The notes beneath the pieces were generated by a model that saw nothing but the letters and a program-made list of their open reading frames with translations, was not told the origin of the DNA and searched no databases. From Minisyncoccota bacterium (GTDB lineage: Bacteria > Patescibacteriota > Minisyncoccia > Phycocordibacterales > UBA9973), in assembly GCA_016649835.1 (NCBI GenBank), contig JAENWX010000001.1, positions 1 through 47,298 on the forward strand: 47,298 nucleotides of DNA, in the 5' to 3' direction. A program made the position numbers and the translations under genes. This document shows, piece after piece, positions 18,527 to 25,126 of this stretch; position 1 is the stretch's first letter, and each line of letters begins with the position of its first letter.

Positions 18527-20215
18527 ATGGTAAATCGTCTTATTACATTTTTAAATAGAGAATTTCATGGAGTAAATGAGGCAGCTCTTTTGCTTGGTGG
18601 CTTTGCCTTTTTATCTCAAATATTAGGACTTGTTAGAGACAGGGCACTTGCTCACATGGTGGGGGCAGGTCCTATTTTGGATGTTTATTATGCTGCTTTT
18701 AGAATACCTGATTTTTTGTATATATCTATTGCTTCTCTTGCTTCGGTTACAGTATTGATGCCATTTTTAATGGACAAGATTAACAACAATACCGACACCA
18801 ACGAAAAAGCAAAATCGTTCATAAATAATATATTTAGTGCATATATGATGTTTATGGTGGCGGCAAGTATTATAATAGCTATTTTTATGCCATACATCGT
18901 ATCTTATATGTTTCCTGGTTTTAATGACTACCAGATTGGCTTACTAATAACCACAAGTAGAATAATGCTTATTTCTCCAATTTTTATTGGATTATCAAAT
19001 TTGATAGGTACTGTAACTCAATTGTTTAGAAATTTTATTATTTTTTCTTTATCTCCAGTATTTTATAATTTTGGAATTTTGTATGGCGTTTTATTTCTGT
19101 ATCCCAAGTTTGGAATTCACGGCTTAAGCATAGGTGTTATTATAGGAGCTTTTTTGCATTTCTTAATACAAGTTCCTGTAGTATTAAAACATAATTTTTT
19201 TCCTAAATTTATTTTAAAAATAAGATGGAAAGAAATATTTCAGGTAATGAAAGTATCTGCGCCTAGAACATTTACACTGTCATGTAATAGTTTAGCCTTT
19301 ATATTTTTAATAGGTATGGCATCAACGCTTAAACCAGGTTCTATTTCCTTGTTTACTTTTGCATTTAATCTGCAGTCTGTTCCCGTAGGAATCATAGGTA
19401 TTTCGTATTCAGTAGCTGCTTTTCCTATTTTAGTTAGATCATTTTCAATGAAAGATATGGATAATTTTATAGGGCAAATAATTTTTGCGGCTAAACAAAT
19501 TATATTTTGGTCTCTACCCATAATAACTCTTTTGATTGTGTTAAGAGCACAGATAGTTCGTGTCATATTGGGTTCTGATACTTTTTCTTGGTTTGATACA
19601 CGCTTAACAGCAGCATCTGTTGCACTTTTTGTAATATCACTTGTTTCTCAAGGACTAGTGTTGTTATTTGTGCGTGGTTATTATGCTGCTGGTAATACAA
19701 AAAAACCATTAATTATTAATGTATTTTCTTCTGTTATGGTTATTGTTTTTGCTAAACTATTTATTTTTATTTTTAAAAATTATCCAGATGTACTTTCAAG
19801 GCTTGAAATAATTTTAAGAGTTAAAGACGTTCCAGGTACTATTATGCTAGCTTTACCACTTGCTTATGCACTCGGCTCACTTCTAAATTTCTTTTTAATA
19901 TGGTTTATGTTTAATAAAGATTTTATTAATAGCACAAAAATTAGTTTGTCTTTAACTTTTATAAAGAGTTTAATAGGGGCACTTGTTATGGGAATTATTG
20001 CTTATCTTTCTTTGGGATTCTTTGATAATATTTTTGACTTAAATACAGGAAAGGGTGTTTTCCTCCAGGGATTTATATCTGGAATTCTAGGCATACTTTC
20101 TGGAGTATTAGTTTTGCTATTATTAAAAAGCGAGGAATTGTTGGGTATTATTTCAGCTCTTAAAAATAAATTTTGGGAAAATAGAATTATTGTTCCAGAA
20201 CAATCCGACCTATAA
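18527..20215 (+). CDS. murJ: Lipid II flippase MurJ/MviN (MOP superfamily)
   Basis: 562 aa polytopic. The N-terminal SQILGLVRDRALAHMVGAGPILDVYYAAFRIPDFLY matches the MurJ signature. Confidence 0.8.
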   Translation: MVNRLITFLNREFHGVNEAALLLGGFAFLSQILGLVRDRALAHMVGAGPILDVYYAAFRIPDFLYISIASLASVTVLMPFLMDKINNNTDTNEKAKSFINNIFSAYMMFMVAASIIIAIFMPYIVSYMFPGFNDYQIGLLITTSRIMLISPIFIGLSNLIGTVTQLFRNFIIFSLSPVFYNFGILYGVLFLYPKFGIHGLSIGVIIGAFLHFLIQVPVVLKHNFFPKFILKIRWKEIFQVMKVSAPRTFTLSCNSLAFIFLIGMASTLKPGSISLFTFAFNLQSVPVGIIGISYSVAAFPILVRSFSMKDMDNFIGQIIFAAKQIIFWSLPIITLLIVLRAQIVRVILGSDTFSWFDTRLTAASVALFVISLVSQGLVLLFVRGYYAAGNTKKPLIINVFSSVMVIVFAKLFIFIFKNYPDVLSRLEIILRVKDVPGTIMLALPLAYALGSLLNFFLIWFMFNKDFINSTKISLSLTFIKSLIGALVMGIIAYLSLGFFDNIFDLNTGKGVFLQGFISGILGILSGVLVLLLLKSEELLGIISALKNKFWENRIIVPEQSDL

Positions 20216-20222
20216 TCTATTC

Positions 20223-20255
20223 TCTTCAGAAAGGGCCTTAGGCCCTTTCTGAAGA
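20223..20255. repeat. REP-like perfect palindrome, copy 1 (inverted orientation)
   Basis: TCTTCAGAAAGGGCC-tta-GGCCCTTTCTGAAGA, 15-bp stem. It begins 8 nt after the murJ stop and lies 26 nt upstream of the transposase ATG. Confidence 0.85.
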
Positions 20256-20265
20256 ATTCGTATTA

Positions 20266-20274
20266 TGATATAAT
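20266..20274 (+). promoter_or_regulatory. Candidate extended -10 (TGATATAAT) giving a leaderless transposase mRNA
   Basis: TGnTATAAT ends 6 nt before ATG 20281. Confidence 0.35.
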
Positions 20275-20280
20275 ATTACA

Positions 20281-20955
20281 ATGAGAAAACAACCTATTAT
20301 TACAGGTGAGTATTATCACATATATAACCGTGGAGTTGATAAACGAGATGTTTTTAGTGATAAAATGGATATTAGACGTTTTGTTGAAAGTATAAATGAA
20401 TTTAATCAAGTTGATGTAATAGGAAGTTTGATTAATTTAAGAAAATCTAAAAATATCCAGAAAGGGCCTAAGGCCCTTTCTGAGGAACCATTAGTTGTTA
20501 TAATGGTATATTGTTTGAATCCAAATCATTTTCACTTTGTCTTGAAGCAATTAGAAGATGGAGGAATATCAAAGTTTATGCAAAAATTACAAAGTGGATA
20601 TACTTCTTATTTTAATGTAAAAAATTCTAGATCCGGTTCACTATTCCAGGGAACTTTTAAAGCACAACATATAGGTAGTGAAAATTATTTTAATAAAACT
20701 CTCGGATATGTAAATAAAAATTATCAAGTTCATAATATTCCAGAGGATAAAAAAGAATTAGTTTTTGCCAGTGATTATGAATATGAAAATAATAATTTTA
20801 AAATTGTTTCAAAAATAGAGGGAAATAGAATTTTAGAAATTTTTGGTGGAGTTGGTGGATTTAAAAGACATTCAGATGAAATAGTTGAGATTATTAGGAA
20901 GGAAAGAGGCAAGACTTCTCTTTTAGAAGATGAAGAATTACCAGAAAGGGCCTAA
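20281..20955 (+). CDS. HUH/Y1 transposase, IS200-like, REP-associated (RAYT-like)
   Basis: 224 aa. YHIYNRGVDKRDVF, HUH motif in NPNHFHFVLK, GYTSYFN, and GSLFQGTFKAQHI (compare the G.WQ.RF..H pattern of RAYTs). The palindrome occurs upstream, inside, and at the stop codon. Confidence 0.7.
   Translation: MRKQPIITGEYYHIYNRGVDKRDVFSDKMDIRRFVESINEFNQVDVIGSLINLRKSKNIQKGPKALSEEPLVVIMVYCLNPNHFHFVLKQLEDGGISKFMQKLQSGYTSYFNVKNSRSGSLFQGTFKAQHIGSENYFNKTLGYVNKNYQVHNIPEDKKELVFASDYEYENNNFKIVSKIEGNRILEIFGGVGGFKRHSDEIVEIIRKERGKTSLLEDEELPERA
20458..20482. repeat. REP-like palindrome, copy 2, in frame inside the transposase ORF
   Basis: CAGAAAGGGCC-taa-GGCCCTTTCTG, read in frame as QKGPKALSE. Confidence 0.85.
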
Positions 20956-20966
20956 GGCCCTTTCTG
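20942..20966. repeat. REP-like palindrome, copy 3, supplying the transposase stop codon
   Basis: CAGAAAGGGCC-taa-GGCCCTTTCTG. The loop TAA (20953-20955) is the ORF stop, in a different frame from copy 2. Followed by (GAGT)3. Confidence 0.85.
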
Positions 20967-21130
20967 AGTGAGTGAGTGTTATTTGAGGCCTTTGATTTTA
21001 AAGCTTTTTTTGGTAGTATAGACCTATGTCTCCGCTCGCGATGTGTATGTCATAATCTACGGGATAGTTTATAATAGAAATAAGGTTTATATTACTAAAT
21101 AAAATTAATAAGATACGTCCCATCTAACGA

Positions 21131-21148
21131 GGGACTATCTCTAACGGG
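21131..21148 (+). promoter_or_regulatory. Start-codon-abutting motif GGACTATCTCTAACGGG|ATG (right-arm-like half of the 28574/33744 cassette)
   Basis: Compare GACCTGTTTCTAACGGG|ATG (valS) and GACCTATTTCTAAACGGG|ATA (murC). Confidence 0.5.
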
Positions 21149-23014
21149 ATGGATATCAAATCAATTAGAAACTTTTCAATCATTGCCCATATTGACCACG
21201 GGAAAAGTACTTTGGCTGACAGAATGATAGAAGTTACTGGCACAATAGAAAAACGTAAAATGAAAGACCAAGTTCTAGATTCAATGGATCTAGAAAGAGA
21301 ACGCGGCATAACTATTAAGATGCAGCCGGTTCGCATGGAATATAGTCCTAAAATTAAGAATGATAAATTAGGAATTAAGAATGATAATATAAAACCAGAA
21401 AAATACATATTAAACCTAATCGATACTCCTGGCCACATAGACTTCTCCTATGAAGTATCTCGCGCCTTAAAGGCCGTAGAAGGGTCTATATTGCTCGTGG
21501 ATGCGACTCAAGGGGTTCAAGCACAAACACTTACAACTCTACAAATGGCTCGTGATTCTGGGCTAGTTATAATTCCAGTTCTTTCAAAAATTGACTCTCC
21601 TCTAGCTCGTGTGGATGAAATAAAAATGGAGGTGTCTATTTTGTTGAATATAGACCCGGATACTATTTTGCTTGTTTCTGGTAAAACAGGGGAAGGTGTA
21701 CCTGAATTACTTGAAGAAATAATTAATAAAATTCCATGTCCTCATGTTGATAATAATATATTACCAACAAGCACAGGTGCACGTGCTTTAGTTTTTGATT
21801 TTAAATATGACAATCACAGAGGTGTAATAGTTTATATTCGAGTAGTAGATGGAAAATTTAAAAAAGGAGAATCTCTTTTGTTCGCTGTGTCTTCAGAAAA
21901 ATTTATTTCCCTAGAAGTGGGTATTTTTTCTCCACAAGAGGAAGCGCGGGAAACTCTGGGTAATGGAGAAATTGGATACATAGTAACAGGAATTAAAAAG
22001 CCCGGAATTGCTTCTGTTGGTGACACTATAACTTTTTTGAAAAATCCAATGCCAGCATTGCCGGGATATAAAAATCCAAAGCCTGTGGTTTGGGCTTCTA
22101 TATATCCTGAAAGCCAGGATGATTTTCCAAATCTTAAACAAGCATTAAGTAGGCTGCGTTTATCGGATTCATCATTTTCTTATGAAGAAGAAAATTCTGG
22201 TTCTCTAGGAAGAGGGTATCGATGTGGTTTTTTGGGAATGCTTCATTTAGAAATTATTACAGAAAGACTAAATCGTGAATTTAATTTAGAATTAATAGTA
22301 ACTATGCCTTCCATTACTTACAAGGTAATGCTTCGAAATGGCACAGAACAAATTGTATATTCTCCGCATCTTTTTCCTGATGATGGAAATATAATAAAGG
22401 TTTTTGAGCCATGGGTTAATGCAAAGATTATTACCCCTTCTATATATTTAAGTTCACTTATGCCATTTTTGTATGACCATGAAGGACTAGTTAAAGAAAC
22501 TGATAATTTTGGAGATAACAGATCTTCTGTTGATTTAGAAATGCCACTACGTGAATTAATGAGAAATTTCTTTGATGATATGAAAAGTATTACATCTGGT
22601 TATTCTTCTATATCTTATGAAATAGGTGAGTATAAAGAAGCTGATGTTGTGAGACTTGATATTATAGTAGCAGATGAACCGATGGCAGCATTTTGTAGAG
22701 TAGTATCACGAAGAAAAGTAGAAGAAGAAGCTAAACAGCAAGTAGAAAAATTAAAAGATATTATTCCAAGACAACAATTTAATTTTAAAATTCAAGGTAA
22801 GGCTTTGGGTAGGATTATATCATCTGAGTCAGTTTCAGCCTTTAGAAAAGACGTTCTCATGCACGGAAGTAAAATGGTTGGAGGAGGGGATGTGAGTCGC
22901 AAAAAGAAGCTGCTTGAAAAGCAGAAAAAAGGAAAAAAGAGAATGCAATCGAACGCTAAGATAAATATATCTCACGAAGTTTTCCTTAAAATGATGAGAG
23001 GAACCAATAATTAA
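21149..23014 (+). CDS. lepA: Elongation factor 4 (LepA)
   Basis: 621 aa. IRNFSIIAHIDHGKSTLADR, LNLIDTPGHIDF, and a LepA C-terminal region. Confidence 0.95.
   Translation: MDIKSIRNFSIIAHIDHGKSTLADRMIEVTGTIEKRKMKDQVLDSMDLERERGITIKMQPVRMEYSPKIKNDKLGIKNDNIKPEKYILNLIDTPGHIDFSYEVSRALKAVEGSILLVDATQGVQAQTLTTLQMARDSGLVIIPVLSKIDSPLARVDEIKMEVSILLNIDPDTILLVSGKTGEGVPELLEEIINKIPCPHVDNNILPTSTGARALVFDFKYDNHRGVIVYIRVVDGKFKKGESLLFAVSSEKFISLEVGIFSPQEEARETLGNGEIGYIVTGIKKPGIASVGDTITFLKNPMPALPGYKNPKPVVWASIYPESQDDFPNLKQALSRLRLSDSSFSYEEENSGSLGRGYRCGFLGMLHLEIITERLNREFNLELIVTMPSITYKVMLRNGTEQIVYSPHLFPDDGNIIKVFEPWVNAKIITPSIYLSSLMPFLYDHEGLVKETDNFGDNRSSVDLEMPLRELMRNFFDDMKSITSGYSSISYEIGEYKEADVVRLDIIVADEPMAAFCRVVSRRKVEEEAKQQVEKLKDIIPRQQFNFKIQGKALGRIISSESVSAFRKDVLMHGSKMVGGGDVSRKKKLLEKQKKGKKRMQSNAKINISHEVFLKMMRGTNN
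21352..21393 (+). repeat. 21-nt tandem duplication containing AATTAAGAAT, in frame in lepA
   Basis: AATTAAGAATGATAAATTAGG / AATTAAGAATGATAATATAAA encodes KIKNDKLGIKNDNIK, in the segment between RMEY and YILNLIDTPGH that looks longer than in the LepA sequences I recall (from memory, not aligned). Confidence 0.75.
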
Positions 23015-23016
23015 CC

Positions 23017-23127
23017 TTAGTTTATAAGCCCTGGCATATAAAGTAGAATCATACTTATTATTACAAGTATAGAAACTACTGCAAAAGCCTTCTCTATTTT
23101 TTTCTTATTTTTTGAATTAAAATTCAT
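23017..23127 (-). CDS. Possible 36-aa single-TM micro-protein (below the ORF-track cutoff)
   Basis: Hand translation: MNFNSKNKKKIEKAFAVVSILVIISMILLYMPGLIN. There is no other support. Confidence 0.2.
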   Translation of the reverse strand: MNFNSKNKKKIEKAFAVVSILVIISMILLYMPGLIN

Positions 23128-23135
23128 GGTATAAT
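23127..23135 (+). promoter_or_regulatory. Candidate extended -10 (TGGTATAAT)
   Basis: TGnTATAAT 13 nt upstream of ATG 23149. Confidence 0.35.
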
Positions 23136-23148
23136 ACTAACATTAATC

Positions 23149-23526
23149 ATGATGAAATCCAAGAAAAGTAGTTATCGTTTCTGGCACTCACCAATTGCTT
23201 TGGCGATTATTTTTTTGATACTTGTTTGGTTCTCCTATAAAATAATTTTTTTAATTGAAAAACAAAAAGAGACTACTTACAAGAAAGAACAGTATCTAAA
23301 TGAAATAAATAGATTAAAAGAGAAAGAGTCTTTGTTGTCCGAGCAGTTATTAAGAGTAGAAACAGAAGAAGGAATAGAAGAGGTGATAAGAAGTAAATAT
23401 CAAGTAACAAAGAGTGGTGAAAAAATGGTTACGATAGTAGATGAAAATGAAAATATTGAATCAGAAGTAGAAAAAGAAAATACCGGCCATGGTTTATGGA
23501 ATTTTATTAAAAATATATTTAATTAA
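23149..23526 (+). CDS. FtsB/DivIC-like septum formation initiator
   Basis: 125 aa: N-terminal TM, coiled coil, then IEEVIRSKYQVTKSGEKMVTI, typical of the DivIC/FtsB family. Confidence 0.55.
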   Translation: MMKSKKSSYRFWHSPIALAIIFLILVWFSYKIIFLIEKQKETTYKKEQYLNEINRLKEKESLLSEQLLRVETEEGIEEVIRSKYQVTKSGEKMVTIVDENENIESEVEKENTGHGLWNFIKNIFN

Positions 23527-23576
23527 TAAAAATTGCGTAATTAAAGTAGTTCGACCGTATTATGATTATTGATTTA

Positions 23577-23647
23577 GCGAGTATAATACAGTGGCAGTAT
23601 ATTTGCTTCCCAAGCAAAATACGCGGGTTCGATTCCCGCTACTCGCA
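23577..23647 (+). tRNA. tRNA-Gly (anticodon CCC)
   Basis: Hand-folded cloverleaf. Acceptor GCGAGTA/TACTCGC, D stem ATAC/GTAT, anticodon stem TTTGC/GCAAA, loop TTCCCAA, 4-nt variable loop, T arm GCGGG-TTCGATT-CCCGC, discriminator A. No encoded CCA. Confidence 0.9.
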
Positions 23648-23688
23648 CATATTAAAAAACACTTTTTGGAGTGTTTTTTAATATGTGC
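23645..23688. terminator. AT-rich 19-bp perfect palindrome (terminator-like) overlapping the tRNA-Gly 3' end
   Basis: GCACATATTAAAAAACACT-ttttgg-AGTGTTTTTTAATATGTGC. Confidence 0.55.
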
Positions 23689-23806
23689 GGGATAGCAAGC
23701 CAACTGCTTGGCTTGCGTACGGGAATTGAAAGACTTTTCGTTCTCTGATGTTAACCAGAGCAAAAAGTACCTGAACATGTAATGTTCGATTCCCGCTACT
23801 CGCACC
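23686..23806 (+). ncRNA. tRNA-tethered structured element, copy A (Gly)
   Basis: GCGGGATA; P2 23695-23716 (GCAAGCCAA-ctgc-TTGGCTTGC); CGGGAATTGAA (23720-23730) pairs with TTCGATTCCCG (23785-23795); AGAC; P4 CTTTTC...GAAAAG; TACC; P5 23773-23787 (GAACA-tgtaa-TGTTC). 23785-23804 is an exact copy of the tRNA-Gly 3' end. Strand and RNA status are unproven. Confidence 0.5.
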
Positions 23807-23898
23807 GTTTTAATAAGGATTTTTGTCAATATTTGCAAATTTTATGGCTATGCTATAATTGGCATACAAATAGATTATTAATTAATAAATTAAACATT

Positions 23899-24138
23899 AT
23901 GAAAAAAGTAACAATTTACAGTACTCCGACATGTCATTTTTGTCACATGGCTAAAGATTTTTTGAAAGAGAAAAATATAGCATTCGAAGATTTTGATGTT
24001 TCTGTTGATTTAGAAAAAAGAAAAGAAATGGTAAATAAAAGTGGTCAAATGGGTGTCCCTGTTATTCTTATTGATAATAATTTAATCGTAGGCTTTAATA
24101 AACCTAAAGTAATTGAATTGTTAGGTATAACTGAGTAG
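23899..24138 (+). CDS. Glutaredoxin/NrdH-like thiol-disulfide oxidoreductase
   Basis: 79 aa counted from ATG 23899: MKKVTIYSTPTCHFCHMAKDFL...GVPVILID. CxxC and cis-Pro region are present. The track's longer start (23782) overlaps element A. Confidence 0.8.
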   Translation: MKKVTIYSTPTCHFCHMAKDFLKEKNIAFEDFDVSVDLEKRKEMVNKSGQMGVPVILIDNNLIVGFNKPKVIELLGITE

Positions 24139-24160
24139 TAATTTAATTTACAATGACGTA

Positions 24161-24199
24161 TTATAAGAGCATTCAGGTTTTACCTGAATGCTCTTATAA
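24161..24199 (+). terminator. Intrinsic terminator-like hairpin after grx
   Basis: TTATAAGAGCATTCAGG-tttta-CCTGAATGCTCTTATAA, 17-bp stem, ending 3 nt before tRNA-Arg. Confidence 0.6.
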
Positions 24200-24202
24200 T
24201 TT

Positions 24203-24274
24203 GCCCACGTAGTTCAATGGATAGAATAGCTCACTCCTAACGAGCTGATTCAGGTTCGACTCCTGACGAGGGCA
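24203..24274 (+). tRNA. tRNA-Arg (anticodon CCT)
   Basis: Hand-folded. Acceptor GCCCACG/CGAGGGC with an A5-A68 mismatch, D stem GTTC/GAAT, anticodon stem GCTCA/CGAGC (one A-C), loop CTCCTAA, T arm TCAGG-TTCGACT-CCTGA. Confidence 0.75.
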
Positions 24275-24315
24275 CAATAAATAAACCTTAAAAAGGTTTA
24301 TTTATTGTGCCCTCG
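24267..24315. terminator. 23-bp perfect palindrome spanning the tRNA-Arg acceptor 3' strand and the start of element B
   Basis: CGAGGGCACAATAAATAAACCTT-aaaa-AAGGTTTATTTATTGTGCCCTCG. Confidence 0.55.
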
Positions 24316-24454
24316 AGCAAGACAACTGCTTGTCTTGCGTTCAGGAGTCGAAGACCTTGAACTTATTTTTAAAAATTTAAATTTTAAAAAATGTGAAAGG
24401 TGTACTGATTCTGTAAGAATCGACAAGCGTATTCGCGGTCCTGACGAGAGCACC
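24309..24454 (+). ncRNA. tRNA-tethered structured element, copy B (Arg)
   Basis: GCCCTCG; P2 24317-24338 (GCAAGACAA-ctgc-TTGTCTTGC); TCAGGAGTCGAA = reverse complement of the tRNA-Arg T loop plus 3' T stem; GACC; long AT-rich P4; TGTAC; P5 24407-24421 (GATTC-tgtaa-GAATC); 3' TTCGCGGTCCTGACGAGAGCA (24432-24452). Confidence 0.5.
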
Positions 24455-24490
24455 TTTTATTTTTAATAAAAATATGATAATATCCTTTAT

Positions 24491-24769
24491 ATGGATCAGG
24501 AGACAAAGCAGTTATTGGAAGAAAATCTAAAGTTGTCAAAAGAGAACAATGAAATGCTCAATAGTCTTATTCGTAGTAAAAAGCAAAATGCTATATTTAA
24601 GGCAGTTTACTGGGTAATAATTATTCTAATAACTATTGGTTCATATTATTTTATTAAGCCATATATAAGTAGTTTAACGAGTTTATATACGGGAGGTGCG
24701 TCTGAGATGTTAAATGTAAGTGTAAGTGAAAACCAGCAAATAACTGATTTGTTGAATAAACTAAAATAA
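24491..24769 (+). CDS. Hypothetical single-TM protein
   Basis: 92 aa ORF with a coiled N-terminus and one hydrophobic helix (AVYWVIIILITIGSYYFI). Confidence 0.4.
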   Translation: MDQETKQLLEENLKLSKENNEMLNSLIRSKKQNAIFKAVYWVIIILITIGSYYFIKPYISSLTSLYTGGASEMLNVSVSENQQITDLLNKLK

Positions 24770-24790
24770 TTTTTTTAGAAAATAGAAAAT

Positions 24791-24863
24791 GCCGAGATAG
24801 CTCAGTTGGTAGAGCGCTCCCCTGAAGAGGGATAGGTCCCCAGTTCAAATCTGGGTCTCGGCA
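24791..24863 (+). tRNA. tRNA-Phe (anticodon GAA)
   Basis: GCCGAGA-TA-GCTC-AGTTGGTA-GAGC..., anticodon loop CTGAAGA, T arm CCCAG-TTCAAAT-CTGGG, acceptor 3' TCTCGGC, discriminator A. Confidence 0.9.
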
Positions 24864-24896
24864 CACGAAATAATATAAGTTTAATAATAAAACTTT

Positions 24897-24938
24897 CCTT
24901 CAGGTGAGATAGCCAGTTCAAATCTGGGTCTCGGCACA
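24897..24938 (+). pseudogene. tRNA-Phe fragment (mosaic) ending in an exact 25-nt copy of the tRNA 3' end
   Basis: CAGTTCAAATCTGGGTCTCGGCACA (24914-24938) equals 24841-24865. It is preceded by GAGATAGC (matching the tRNA 5' region) and TTCAGGTGAG (resembling the complement of the anticodon arm). Confidence 0.6.
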
Positions 24939-24971
24939 AAATAAAAATACCCGTCAGGGTATTTTTATTAT

Positions 24972-25086
24972 GCCGAGACAACACATGAACTACTTCATGT
25001 GTGTCCAGATTTGAAAGACTTTTCATTATCAGCTGTGCTGATTGAAAAGTACCCGACTAAGTAATAGTCTAATCTGGGTCTCGGCA
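24972..25086 (+). ncRNA. tRNA-tethered structured element, copy C (Phe)
   Basis: P1 GCCGAGAC/GTCTCGGC; P2 24980-25003 (AACACATGAA-ctac-TTCATGTGT); P3 CCAGATT (25005-25011)/AATCTGG (25071-25077); AGAC; P4 CTTTTCA..ATCAG-c-tgtg-CTGAT.TGAAAAG; TACCC; P5 25055-25069 (GACTA-agtaa-TAGTC). Confidence 0.5.
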
Positions 25087-25094
25087 CAATAAAT

Positions 25095-25120
25095 AAAAAA
25101 CACCCGTTAGGGTGTTTTTT
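25095..25120. terminator. Bidirectional intrinsic terminator
   Basis: AAAAAACACCC-gtta-GGGTGTTTTTT, between the tRNA-Phe block (+) and hsp20 (-). Confidence 0.7.
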
Positions 25121-25126
25121 ATTTTA

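Noticed and set aside
23566-25026. Minus-strand ORFs 23566-23838, 24654-24866 and 24802-25026, and the long N-terminal extension of the grx ORF from 23782.
   Set aside because: They run across the tRNA genes and the tRNA-linked elements. grx has a good internal ATG at 23899 that gives a standard-length glutaredoxin.
23686-25086. Known small ribozymes or RNAs in the tRNA-linked elements: hammerhead (CTGATGA...GAAA), twister, tmRNA tRNA-like domain, T-box, integron attC.
   Set aside because: CTGATG and GAAAAG strings occur, but not with the required stem II/III arrangement. There is no tag ORF or G3-U70 alanine identity, no specifier or T-box bulge, and no R''/R' core pair conserved across the three copies.
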